Below are positions 16,701-47,301 of a DNA stretch of 63,227 nucleotides, one piece after another (position 1 is the first letter of the stretch; every line of letters starts with the position of its first letter). The notes beneath the pieces were generated by a model. That model was not told where the DNA came from. It was given only the letters and a program-made list of their open reading frames with translations, and did no database searches. Both the position numbers and the translations under genes were made by a program. Location: positions 957,460-1,020,686 of the forward strand of contig JAWQFM010000021.1 of assembly GCA_033442325.1 (NCBI GenBank). The letters run 5' to 3'. Source of the stretch: Salpingoeca rosetta (taxonomy: Eukaryota > Protista > Choanoflagellata).

Positions 16701-19700
16701 AGCACAACACCATGTACAACGGACACAGCGGACAATCACAACACAAACACCAACAAACATCAACGCATGTGCAGGCTGCGAGTCAACGTACTTGCTGTTC
16801 AGTCACACGTTCCACGCAGCAACAAAGTTGTAGTTGCGCATTCAGCCGCAACGTCATGCCACGTCATCCCAAGAGCAACAAAACACAAAAAGCAACACAA
16901 ACCAAACGTATGCAGCGCATCATCATCATCACATATACAGCGCATCTTCATCATCATCATCCACAATAGTACAGTACACTCTTGTGTGAGCGCGTGAGGC
17001 ATATGAGTGTGTGAGCGGGTCAGCTACAATCATCCGTCACCCAACGCAAACTCACAACACTTGCCACCCAACAGAGTCCACAACACATGCACCCAAGCAC
17101 TCAATTGCGCAAACAAACCACGCTCAACCACAACAACAACACCAACCATCGCAAACACACACACACACTCCCATCACCTTCCTCAGCACATTCACCATGC
17201 ACAACGGACAATCACAACGGACAATCACAACACACACATCAACACAAACATCAACACATGTGCAGGCTGCGAGTCAACGTACTCGCTGTTCAGTCACACG
17301 TTCCACGCAGCAACAAAGTTGTAGTTGCGCATTCAGCCGCAACGTCATGCCATGCCACGTCATGTCGTGTCATGTCATGTCATGTCAAATGGTGGTTCCC
17401 AACAGCAACAAAACACAAAAAGCAACACATCATCATCATCATCGTCATCATCATCATCATCATCCACAATAGTACAGTACACTCTCGTGTGAGCGCGTGA
17501 GTATATGAGTGTGTGAGCGGGTCAGCTACAAGCATCCGTCACTCAACGCAAACTCACAACACTTGTCACCAACAGAGTCCACAACACATGCACCCAAGCA
17601 CTCAATTGCGCAAACAACCCTCGCTCAACCACAACAACAACAACAACACCAACCATCACAAACACACACCACACACTCCCATCACCTTCCTCAGCACAAC
17701 ACCATGCACAACGGACAATCACAACGGACAATCACAACACACACATCAACACAAACATCAACACATGTGCAGGCTGCGAGTCAACGTACTCGCTGTTCAG
17801 TCACACGTTCCACGCAGCAACAAAGTTGTAGTTGCGCATTCAGCCGCAACGTCATGCCATGTCATGTCATGTCATGTCATGTCAAATGGTGGTTCCCAAC
17901 AGCAACAAAACACAAAAAAGCAACACAAACCAAACGTATGCAGCGCACCATCATCATCATCATCATCCACAATAGTACAGTACACTCTCGTGTGAGCGCG
18001 TGAGTATATGAGTGTGTGAGCGGGTCAGATACAAGCCTCCGTCACCCAACGCAAACTCACAACACTTGTCACCAACAGAGTCCACAACACATGCACCCAA
18101 GTACTCAATTGCGCAAACAAACCTCGCTCAACCACAACAACAACAACAACACAAACCAACACAAACACATACCACACACTCCCATCACCTTCCTCAGCAC
18201 AACACCATGCACAACGGACAATCACAACGGACAATCACAACACACACATCTACACACACACATCTACGCATGTGCAGGCTGCGAGTCAACGTACAGGCTT
18301 TTCAGTCACACGTTCCACGCAGCAACAAAGTTGTAGTTGCGCATTCAGCCGCAACGTCATGCCATGTCATGTCATGTCATGTCATGTCAAATGGTGGTTC
18401 CCAACAGCAACAAAACACAAAAAGCAACACAAACCAAACGTATGCAGCGCATCATCATCATCATCATCATCCACAATAGTACAGTACACTCTCGTGTGAG
18501 CGCGTGAGTATATGAGTGTGTGAGCGGGTCAGCTACAAGCCTCCGTCACCCAACGCNNNNNNNNNNNNNNNNNNNNNNNNNNNNNNNNNNNNNNNNNNNN
18601 NNNNNNNNNNNNNNNNNNNNNNNNNNNNNNNNNNNNNNNNNNNNNNNNNNNNNNNNNNNNNNNNNNNNNNNNNNNNNNNNNNNNNNNNNNNNNNNNNNNN
18701 NNNNNNNNNNNNNNNNNNNNNNNNNNNNNNNNNNNNNNNNNAACATCCAACACACACACATCAACGCATGTGCAGGCTGCGAGTCAACGTACAGGCTTTT
18801 CAGTCACACGTTCCACGCAGCAACAAAGTTGTAGTTGCGCATTCAGCCGCAACGTCATGCCATGCCACGTCATGTCGTGTCATGTCATGTCATGTCAAAT
18901 GGTGGTTCCCAACAGCAACAAAACACAAAAAGCAACACAAACCAAACGTATGCAGCGCATCATCATCATCATCATCCACAATAGTACAGTACACTCTCGT
19001 GTGAGCGCGTGAGTATATGAGTGTGTGAGCGGGTCAGCTACAAGCATCCGTCACCCAACGCAAACTCACAACACTTGTCACCCAACAGAGACCACAACAC
19101 ATGCACCCAAGCACTCAATTGCGCAAACAAACCACGCTCAACCACAACAACAACACCAACCAACACAAACACATACCACACACTCCCATCACCTTCCTCA
19201 GCACAACACACAATCACAACGGACAATCACAACACAAACACCAACACACACACATCAACGCATGTGCAGGCTGCGAGTCAACGTAAGCGCTGTTCAGCCC
19301 CACGTTCCCCGCAACAAAGTTGTAGTTGCGCATTCAGCCGCAACGTCATGCCATGCCATGTCATGTCGTGTCATGTCATGTCATGTCAAATGGTGGTTCC
19401 CAAGAGCAACAAAACACAAAAAGCAACACAAACCAAACGTATGCAGCGCACCATCATCATCATCATCCACAATAGTACAGTACACTCTCGTGTGAGCGCG
19501 TGAGGCATATGAGTGTGTGAGCGGGTCAGCTACAAGCCTCCGTCACCCAACGCAAACTCACAACACTTGTCACCCAACAGAGTCCACAACACATGCACCC
19601 AAGCACTCAATTGCGCAAACAAACCACGCTCAACCACAACAACAACAACAACACAAACCATCACAAACACATACCACACACTCTCATCACCTTCCTCAGC

Positions 19701-21485
19701 ACAACACCATGCACAACAATCACAACGGACAATCACAACACAAACACCAACACACACACATCAACGCATGTGCAGGCTGTGAGTCAACGTACTCGCTGTA
19801 CAGTCACACGATGCACGCAGCAACAAAGTTGTAGTTGCGCATTCAGACGCAAAGTCATACCAAGAACAAGTCACGTCGTGTCATGTCATATCATGTCAAA
19901 TGGTGGTTCCCAAGAGCAACAAAACACAAAAAGCAACACAAACCAAACGTATGCAGCGCACCATCATCATCATCATCATCCACAATAGTACAGTACACTC
20001 TCGTGTGAGCGCGTGAGTATATGAGTGTGTGAGCGGGTCAGCTACAAGCCTCCGTCACCCAACGCAAACTCACAACACTTGTCACCAACAGAGTCCACAA
20101 CACATGCACCCAAGCACTCAATTGCGCAAACAAACCTCGCTCAACCACAACAACAACAACAACACCAACCATCACAAACACACACCACACACTCCCATCA
20201 CCTTCCTCAGCACGATACCATGCACAACGGACACAACAGACAAGCACAACACAGACATCAACACAAACATCAACGCATGTGCAGGCTGCGAGTCAACGTA
20301 CAGGCTTTTCAGTCACACGTTCCACGCAGCAACAAAGTTGTAGTTGCGCATTCAGCCGCAACGTCATGCCATGCCATGTCATGCCACGTCATGTCAAATG
20401 GTGGTTCCCAACAGCAACAAAACACAAAAAGCAACACAAACCAAACGTATGCAGCGCATCATCATCATCATCATCCACAATAGTACAGTACACTCTCGTG
20501 TGAGCGCGTGAGGCATATGAGTATGTGAGCGGGTCAGCTACAAGCATCCGTCACCCAACGCAAACTCACAACACTTGTCACCAACAGAGTCCTCAACACA
20601 TGCACCCAAGCACTCAATTGCGCAAACAAACCACGCTCAACCACAACAACAACACCAAACATCACAAACACACACCACACACTCCCATCACCTTCCTCAG
20701 CACGATACCATGCACAACGGACACAACAGACAAGCACAATACAAACATCAACATGCAGGCTGCGAGTCAACGTACGGGCTGTTCAGTCACACGTTCCACG
20801 CAGCAACAAAGTTGTAGTTGCGCATTCAGCCGCAACGTCATGTTGTGTCATGTCGCGTTCCACACCCAACGCGCGCGCACGAGTCGTTCGGGTTTCATAT
20901 GTGTCCACGGCACCGTGTTCCATGATCGCGCACATGCAACGTGTGGCACACAGTCGTCAATGAAATGTTCAAGAGGAGGCGGTGAGCGCGAGACTTGATT
21001 CTTCTTGTGAACCTCATAACCTCATTTGCGCAAGTCGTCAATTCAGTTGAGCGGACACAGCAACACTGTCTCATGAGCGTCGCATTACATTACTGTTCAC
21101 CATCACCACAACGTTAACGCGTCTTCACACTTCGTTGCTACAGCACATGCATGCTCACTCAAGTTCAACAGCTATGACTTACGCTCTGTGATCCGAGCAG
21201 ATGGTTGAAACAGCGTGTGCGATCGAATGAACATGGAACAAGTCGTGAGCAAGCGACAAAACACGAATGCAACTACCACCCGTGACAGCATGTGTGCTCC
21301 CCCTTCCAATTGCTACCCCAGCAACGTTTGCAAGCGACCAAGCAGCTATCCCTTCAAATCTTCTGCAGGACTCACTTGAAGGTTGGTCCACATGTGTTGT
21401 TGGCGATGGATCGCAGCTCATTCTTGTACCCCTGGTGAAGCCAGTCCATCGCCGCCAGCTTGGTTTCCAGCTCCTGGGAGGTCAT
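12134..21485 (-). CDS. LRR (RI-like, with N-cap) - coiled coil - TKL-type protein kinase - PARP/ART catalytic domain fusion protein
   Basis: Exon 1 21485-21376 MTSQELETKLAAMDWLHQGYKNELRSIANNTCGPTF+aa|gtgagt. LRR exons 16384-16322 (63 nt, DAYIDALAVALKSNHRLQTLD) and 16196-16113 (84 nt, LSRVWMTADHAITIANALDPHRNITVKF). Coiled-coil exons ~15980-14970. Kinase exon ~14835-13728 (VALK, HRDLKSPN, DFG, GTPLWASPE). PARP exon 12934-12134 (VFHG, YGAGFYFT, AEIVI). Splice phases checked by hand for the LRR exons and the kinase-PARP junction are consistent. Confidence 0.8.
12869..14065. repeat. Direct tandem duplication: 587-bp copies 12869-13455 and 13479-14065 separated by a 23-bp unique filler
   Basis: Copies appear identical by eye at offset 610, including (CA)n length. 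Filler AACTGGAAGTCCCAAGATCGGGG. Confidence 0.92.
13728..14835 (-). CDS. TKL (MLK/Raf-like) Ser/Thr kinase exon
   Basis: GGAFGSLF, VALK, RREA, LRHPNIVHFLG, HRDLKSPNVLL, KVTDFGLS, GTPLWASPE, DVFSFAVLVWE. Confidence 0.92.
16792..16794 (-). CDS. Candidate 3-nt microexon CAA (specifies Asn)
   Basis: gactgaacag|CAA|gtacgttgac. Confidence 0.6.
17283..17285 (-). CDS. Candidate 3-nt microexon CGA (specifies Asp)
   Basis: gactgaacag|CGA|gtacgttgac. Confidence 0.6.
17790..17792 (-). CDS. Candidate 3-nt microexon CGA (specifies Asp)
   Basis: gactgaacag|CGA|gtacgttgac. Confidence 0.6.
18295..18297 (-). CDS. Candidate 3-nt microexon CCT (specifies Leu)
   Basis: gactgaaaag|CCT|gtacgttgac. Confidence 0.6.
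18793..18795 (-). CDS. Candidate 3-nt microexon CCT (specifies Leu)
   Basis: gactgaaaag|CCT|gtacgttgac. Confidence 0.6.
19287..19289 (-). pseudogene. Inactivated microexon copy CGC (donor GT>TT)
   Basis: ggctgaacag|CGC|ttacgttgac. The upstream flank also diverges from the other units. Confidence 0.5.
19793..19795 (-). CDS. Candidate 3-nt microexon CGA (specifies Asp)
   Basis: gactgtacag|CGA|gtacgttgac. Confidence 0.55.
20302..20304 (-). CDS. Candidate 3-nt microexon CCT (specifies Leu)
   Basis: gactgaaaag|CCT|gtacgttgac. Confidence 0.6.
20776..20778 (-). CDS. Candidate 3-nt microexon CCC (specifies Pro)
   Basis: gactgaacag|CCC|gtacgttgac. Confidence 0.6.
21183..21185 (-). CDS. Candidate 3-nt microexon AGC (unique, outside the array)
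   Basis: Minus strand: gatcacag|AGC|gtaagt, a canonical acceptor and perfect donor. Confidence 0.6.
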
Positions 21486-21704
21486 GACTTGTTGTTGTCG
21501 ATGAATGCTCCTTCAGGTGTCTTGAGTGTGTGCTTGCACCACTTTTTGTGCAAGAGTGTGGCTGTGTGCTGTTGCCTGCAGGCAAAGGCAGAAGGCAAGC
21601 CTGCGAGAGTGTGATGCTTCTGTCCTGTTGTTCTTGTTGTCCTGTTCAGCCACAGCTGTTTTCACTCACAAACAAAAGAAAGTTGCAAGAAGGCAAAGGC
21701 AGCT

Positions 21705-21780
<76 letters not shown>

Positions 21781-22145
21781 AAGCCTCGTTGAGTCGTTGG
21801 TTGAGTCGTTTCACTGTTTCAGTGCGTTCGGACAGTGGCTGGGGTGTTGTGGTTCTGGTGGTGTTAGGGTGACTGTGTGCTTTGTTTTGTTTTGTTTGGC
21901 TGGAGGAAGTTTGTGGTGTGTTTTCCTGCGAATTTTCACCAAGCAAAGCCAACATCAATTCTGACTTTCCACCCCTCGGCAATTTTGCCCTTCTCCCCAG
22001 CAAACCAAACTCACATCATCACCCTTTCCCCTCGCTTGCTTGCCATGCCGTGCTGTGACTCGACTGAGTTTTACTTCCATTCCATTACAGACAACCAACG
22101 ATCTACCTCCCTCTCTACCACCTCCCTCTCCCTCCCTCTCTGTCC

Positions 22146-39487
<17,342 letters not shown>

Positions 39488-40123
39488 GTCTCATCAACAA
39501 CACACACTGCTTGTGTGCTTGTGTGCTGTTGCGTTTGCGGTTTTGCTTGAAGGGGTGATGTGATGCGTTGTGATGATTTGGCAGATGCTGATGATGATGT
39601 TGTGGTGGTGGTGGTGGTGTGGAACCGTGTGTGTGTGTGCGTGCGTGTGTGTGTGCGTGTGTGTGTGCGTGCGGCAATGAATTGCACACACATACACGCA
39701 CTGATGCGTGTGCTTCTTTGCAGTGTGTATTGTATTGGACTGTGGAGGAGAAAGAAACACAACATCAACAACAACAACAACAACAACAACAACAGGACAC
39801 GACGACGACACCCACAACCAGTGCCTACTTGACACCTCCTCACAGACAACAAGGACCGCAACAACAGCACTCCCACGCACGCACTACTAGCAATGTGAAT
39901 GACAAAGTCCAGAGAGGCCAACGCTACAGCAGCCGCCCCCACATCACATGGTCCACCAACGACCGCAAATCAAGGATCATCATCACCATCATCACTGTCA
40001 AAGAAAGACCTTTCCTCCACCAACCAACCAACCAACCAACCAAGAAACCCCTGTTCCATGCACATCACCACCATCAGTCACAGTCAATCATCATCAATCA
40101 CCATCAGTCGCCACCGCCGCACT

Positions 40124-41461
<1,338 letters not shown>

Positions 41462-42233
41462 GGCTGTTTGTCGCTGTGTGCTCCTCCGCTTTGTGCTTCA
41501 AAGAGAGAGTCTTGTCTGGGTGGGTCGGTGGTGATGGCAGTCCTCGTTGGCTGGAAGGATGAGTGCGTTGCTGATTGTTGTCGTGTTTGTGTGTGGCGGA
41601 ATGCGATGATGGTGGATAGCGCCGCCTGCGTAGTCTTACTGCGCACTAAGCGCACAGTTCCCTTTTGCAGCGCAACAACGAATCGTATACTCTGCTCTCG
41701 CCTCCGCCCCCCTCAACACAAACAAACCAAAAACTGACAACAAGCAAGCAAGCAAGAAAGAAGAAGAAGAAGAAGAAGCACAGACAGATCCGTTTTTTTC
41801 GCACACACACACAACAACGTTGGCTTCTGTTGGTGTGTTGCGGATGCGATAGTGGGCTGACTGAGAGGAGAGTGATTTGATTGGTGCGCCTTGTTGGCGA
41901 GCAAAGAAGACGAAGAACAGCAACAACAACAACCTGCAACCTGCACGGTAAACCAAGCCAACAGCCGGCACAAGGCACTGGAGTTGTGTGGCACAGCCAC
42001 AGCCACAGCCCGAGCCACAGACAGAAAGCGAGCTGTACGTGTACAGCTCAGCATCATCCACATCGCCATCGGCATTGTCATTGTCATTGGAGACGTTTGA
42101 AACAAGAGGCAAACCCACACACACCAAGCACACACGCACACGAAACAGGCAGCTCCTTCTTGTTGCGAGCAATCCCACTCCCCCACTCCCCTGTGAACCG
42201 CGATTCCCGTATTCTGAACCAGTAGCACCAGCC

Positions 42234-43690
42234 ATGTCGGTGGTGTTCCGGCCAAAGAGCCGGCCAACCATCACGGTGGGCATGGAGCCGAAGGACAAGA
42301 TGGCGTCGCTGCGGCGCTTCTCCAAGATCTCGGGCCTCTCTGTGGAGTCCGTGGTCGATGCAGCGCCAGATCCGCTCGACGACCGCCACGGCACCCAGGA
42401 CCTTGCGCGGCTCTCCGAGCTCAACGAAGAGAACATCCTCAAGGAGCTCAAGCTCAGGTTTGTGGGGGTAGGGGATATGTGTGTGAGTGTTTGAGGAAGG
42501 CACCATGGTTGTGTGTGTGTGTGTCTGCACGTGTGTGGGTGTGTGTCTGCACGTGTGTGGGTGTGTGTGTGTACGAAAGCGGTTGAACATCCTTGCATGT
42601 GTGTTTCCCACACGTTTCTGTTCTCCTTCGTGTCTCGTGTGCTCTGCGTAGGTATCTGTACGACCTCATCTACACAAACGTCGGCGACATCCTGATTGCC
42701 GTCAATCCTTTTCACTCCATATCCGGCCTCTACGGGTATGCACGTGCTGCGCTGCTCGCTCACGTGGTGACTTCTGTTGTGTGTGTGCCTGTGTGTCCGT
42801 GTCTCTGTGTGTCTGTGTGTGTGTTCGCGCTGTGCCTGTAGTCCTCACGCATGTATGTTTGCACGCGTATGTGCATATGCATGGATGACTGATGCTTCAG
42901 AGAGGAGGCGAATCACCGCTATCTGCACACGTCGCCGCCATGTGACATCCCACACGTCTTCCGCGTGGCACAGAGCGCATACAAGATGCTCCTCGCAAAC
43001 CACAAAAACCAGGTGTGTGTGTCACGATGTGTCTGGCACGTGTGAATTGGTGCTGTCCTCGTTGCTGTGCATGTGATGACGCTCGCTAAACCACAGATAA
43101 CACACACACACTCACACACACACACACACACACAATATCACATATACACAACACACGCCTGCCTGCCTGCCGTTCGCGTGTGCGCGTGTGCAGTGCTGCG
43201 TGATTAGCGGGGAGAGCGGCGCGGGAAAGACAGAGACGGCCAAGTTGATTGTGGAGCATCTCCTGTCCATGTGCAAAGGCACCGGCGCCCTCGAGCAGCG
43301 CATCGTGGAGGTGCGGCCTTGTGTGCTGCTGTTCCTGCTGTTGTTTGCATGCGTTAAGTTGTGTGTGTGTGTGTGTGTGTGTGTGTGAGTTTGTCCAAGC
43401 TTTCTACACCGCGTCTCCTCCATCGAACGAACGTGTTCACCCTTCACCTTTGAACACACACATGCACACACAACACCCGCTCTCTCTCTCTCTCTCACTC
43501 GCACGCAATACAACATATCCACCGCGCCACCCGCAGGTGAACCCGCTGCTCGAGGCGTTTGGCAATGCCAAGACGGTCATCAACGACAACTCGTCGCGCT
43601 TTGGAAAATTCCTGGAGATCAAGTTTGGCTACTTTGGCGAGGTGCGCACTGCTCACTCGTGCGGGCGAATGAGTGTCGCCAATGTGTGCT

Positions 43691-43755
<65 letters not shown>

Positions 43756-43862
43756 GGGTTGTCTTTCCAGCATGTGTGGTCGCGCCTGTGCATTGCCACA
43801 ACAAGAACACTTGCAAAGTTGCACTTTTACGCAGCTGCATACACTCCATCACACCCTCCCTC

Positions 43863-43906
<44 letters not shown>

Positions 43907-45094
43907 CCACAACCACACAACCATGCTCAAACCCCACCCCCTCCATGCTCCACCCCATCCCTCAGGTGCTCGGTGCGCACCTGGCCGAGTATCTTCTGGA
44001 GAAGTCGCGTGTCGTGCGGCAGGCGGACGGCGAGCAGAACTTCCACGTCTTCTACTACATCTTCGGCGGCGCTCCGCAGGACACCAAGGAGCGCTTTGGC
44101 TTCTCAGACATCACCGACTTCCACTACCTGCGCGGCGGCCACAAGCACCTCACCCGCGATGTGGCCATCGACCTTGGTGCGCGCCGTGGTGGTGGTGGTG
44201 GCATGCAGGATGGTGCCGTGTTGCGTTGTGTGTGTGTGTGTGTGTCTGTGTGTGTACGTGTGTGTCTGTGTGTGTGTGTGTGTCTGTGTGTGTGTCTGTT
44301 GCGTTGTGTGTGTGTGGTGGAATTGGGTTGGTTTCCCCGTGTGTACCGCCTGTGTATTCGTTTGCGAACCCCCTCCCTCGCCCCACCTGCTCACACAGCC
44401 ACAACCATGGAAATTCCAACTCTTTATGCTGTTGTTGGTGTGTCTTTGTGTTAGATGTGCCTGCGCTGACTGCGCAGTACCACAGCCTGCTGGAGGTCAT
44501 GGAGGGAATCGGTTTCACCCACGAGGAAGCAGAGGTGTGTGGGCATGTGCATGCGCACGTTGTTCCTTGCTCGCATCGCCGTTCCGCGATGTGCACGCGT
44601 TTGGTCTCTCGACACACCTTAACTTCGTTCTGACCGCAAACACACACATATGCGCATGCTTTTGGTCGGCGCACGTAGTCCATGCACGGCATCATTGCGG
44701 CTGTGTTGCATCTTGGAAATGTGGACTTCTACGAGGCAGACTCAAGCTTTGCTGAAATCTCAACAGACAGCCCCATCAAGACAGGTGGGTACCCGTGACG
44801 TCGTGTGTGTCTGTGTCTCTGTCTGTGTGTGCGTGCATGTGTGTATAGGTATTTTGTTCTTTAATTGCTCACACACACACACACACGCACACACACACAT
44901 ACACACACACGCACGCACGCACGGCCCAGTTGCGCATCTGCTGGGGCTGCCTGTGGACACGCTGTGCCCGATGCTGGTGTCGACGACGACAGTGATGCGC
45001 GGCGAGCTCCTCAGGAAAAACTTCAACGTCGAAAAGGCCGAGGACAACCGCGACGCACTTGCAAAGGTCGTGATGGTCGTGATGGTCGTGTGCT

Positions 45095-45150
<56 letters not shown>

Positions 45151-47244
45151 CGTGCTTGTGTACAACCTTCCCCCCCCCCTTTTTTTTGTTTTGTTTCCCC
45201 TTCGCATCGCACCTTCTTCACTCATACGAACATGCACCCATCCCTCCTTCAGGCAATGTACGGGCGGCTGTTTGCGTGGATTGTGAGCAAAGCGAATGCG
45301 CTGCTGAAACCGCGCGGCCCGGCATACGAGCGCTCAAAGAGCATCCAAGGCGGCATCTCAGAGGTGTGTACACGTGTGTGTGTGTGTGTGTGTCTGTGTC
45401 TGTGTCTGTGTGCGTGTGTGTGGTCAACTGCTTCCCGCGCACGTTGTTGTCAGACATTCCAACCATGTACATAATCGCCTGCACACATGTACACATGCGC
45501 ACAAGCGCAAACACTCACAATCCCGCACATCTTTCTCTCACGCACTTGCACACTCACTCACACGCACACATACACACACACACACACACATACACGCACA
45601 CACACGCACACACGCACACACACACACACACCGACGCGCACAATTCTCTCAGGTTGGCATCCTGGACATTTTTGGCTTTGAGAACTTTGAGAACAACTCG
45701 TTTGAGCAGTTTTGCATCAACACGGCCAACGAGCAGCTGCAGTATTACTTCAACCAGCACATCTTCGCCTGGGAACAAAGTCTCTACGAGGAGGAGGCAC
45801 TCCCGCTCACAGCCATCAAGTGCGCGCTCCCTTGCTGTTTGTTGTGTTTGTGCGCATGCGTGTGTGTACATGTGTGTGTGTGTGTGCTTGATCACCGCTT
45901 CTCCCCATCCTCTGCCAGACCTTCTACTCATCATTCATCCACTCACTCCCCAATGCCGTGTCGATTGATGCAGGTACAAGGACAATGCGGGTCTGCTTGA
46001 CATGATTCTCGGCAAACCCCTCGGCCTCTTTGCGCTCCTTGATGAGGAGTCAAATTTCCCCCGCGCCTCCCCAACCAGCCTGGTGCGTCGTGCGCCTCGT
46101 GTTGTGCGTGTGTGTGTGTGCACTGTGTGTGTGCGTCTCGTGTTGTGTGCGTGTGTGTGCGTCTCGTGTTGTGTGCGTGTGTGTGCGTCTCGTGTTGTGT
46201 GTGTCTGTGTGCACTGTGTGCGTCTCGTGTTGTGTGCGTGTGTGTCTGTGTGTCCATACTGATTGTGCGCATTTTGTGTGCGCTCACTCTGTCGTTGCTG
46301 ATGGGTGTCGTCCTGCCGCTTGTGGTCTGCAGCATCGCAAGTTCATCAAGGCCAAGGACTCATGTGCTTGGAAAGGGCTCTCGGTGCGTACTTTAACGTC
46401 CACACTCCACTGCATATTCTTTGCTTCGTGCACACACACGCGCGTACACGCGCATATGCACACACGCACACACACACACACATGCACACCTCCACCAACA
46501 TCACATCTCAACCAAATCCCTCTTCTACCCCTGCCCCCCCCCCTTCAGCTGCCTGAGACGAGCCACCAGCGGCGACCGACAATAGCGATGCGCGGGCGCA
46601 AGGGAGACACAATCACGCCCTCGGAGACAAAGGGGTTTGGACCGTTCTTCGTCATCCACCACTACGCAGGCAACGTCGTGTACGACTGCCACTCCTTCCT
46701 GGAGAAGAACCGCGACACGCTGTCCCAGCTCGGTTGGTGTCGTGCTCTTGTGTTGCTAGGTGGTCTTGGGGATGTGGCGGTTTGGTGTGCACAACGCGAC
46801 AGTCTTGAACTCGCGCTTCAACATCACAGTGCACTCGCACTCAAACGCGCGCGCTCACACTCACACACTCCTACACGCAACACATTCACCCATGCGCGCA
46901 TACACTCGCGCACATGTACACTCACTCCCCCACTCACCCACTCACCCACTCCCACGCCCCAATACGTTACAGTCATCACGAACATGCGGGAGTCGCGCTT
47001 CGTGTTTCTGGCCAATCTGTTCCGGGAGAAGATGACGCGTACGGGCTCAATGCGCCGCCCGCCAGGCAGCAGCCGTGCTAGTGGTAGGCGCCGTCCGACT
47101 CTGAGAGACAACGCAAAGCTCTCCGTGTCCGCCAATTTCAAAAACTCGCTCCTGGACCTCATGCACAAGATGCAGCATGCACAACCACACTTTGTCCGGT
47201 GCGTACAGGCACACACGCAAATGGCATGCTCGTGCGTGCGTGTG

Positions 47245-47301
<57 letters not shown>

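Larger units (their letters stand above)
16450..20850 (-). repeat. Tandem array of nine ~475-510 bp units inside the LRR-kinase-PARP gene, each carrying a candidate 3-nt microexon
   Basis: The core GAGTCAACGTAC-NNN-CTGTTCAGTCACACG (plus strand, minor variants) recurs at 16792, 17283, 17790, 18295, 18793, 19287, 19793, 20302 and 20776. The N gap 18557-18740 may hide more units. Confidence 0.95.

Noticed and set aside
17552-17566. Second potential tiny exon in each unit (aag|TGTT|gtgagt on the minus strand)
   Set aside because: 4 nt would frameshift, and it is invariant across units. No support without RNA data.
16450-20850. CRISPR array or tandem protein-coding repeat (plus-strand ORFs MCERVSYK.., MSGSATS..)
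   Set aside because: Units are ~500 bp with no unique spacers and no cas genes. Plus-strand ORFs shift frame freely between copies through microsatellite indels, so they are not conserved coding sequence.
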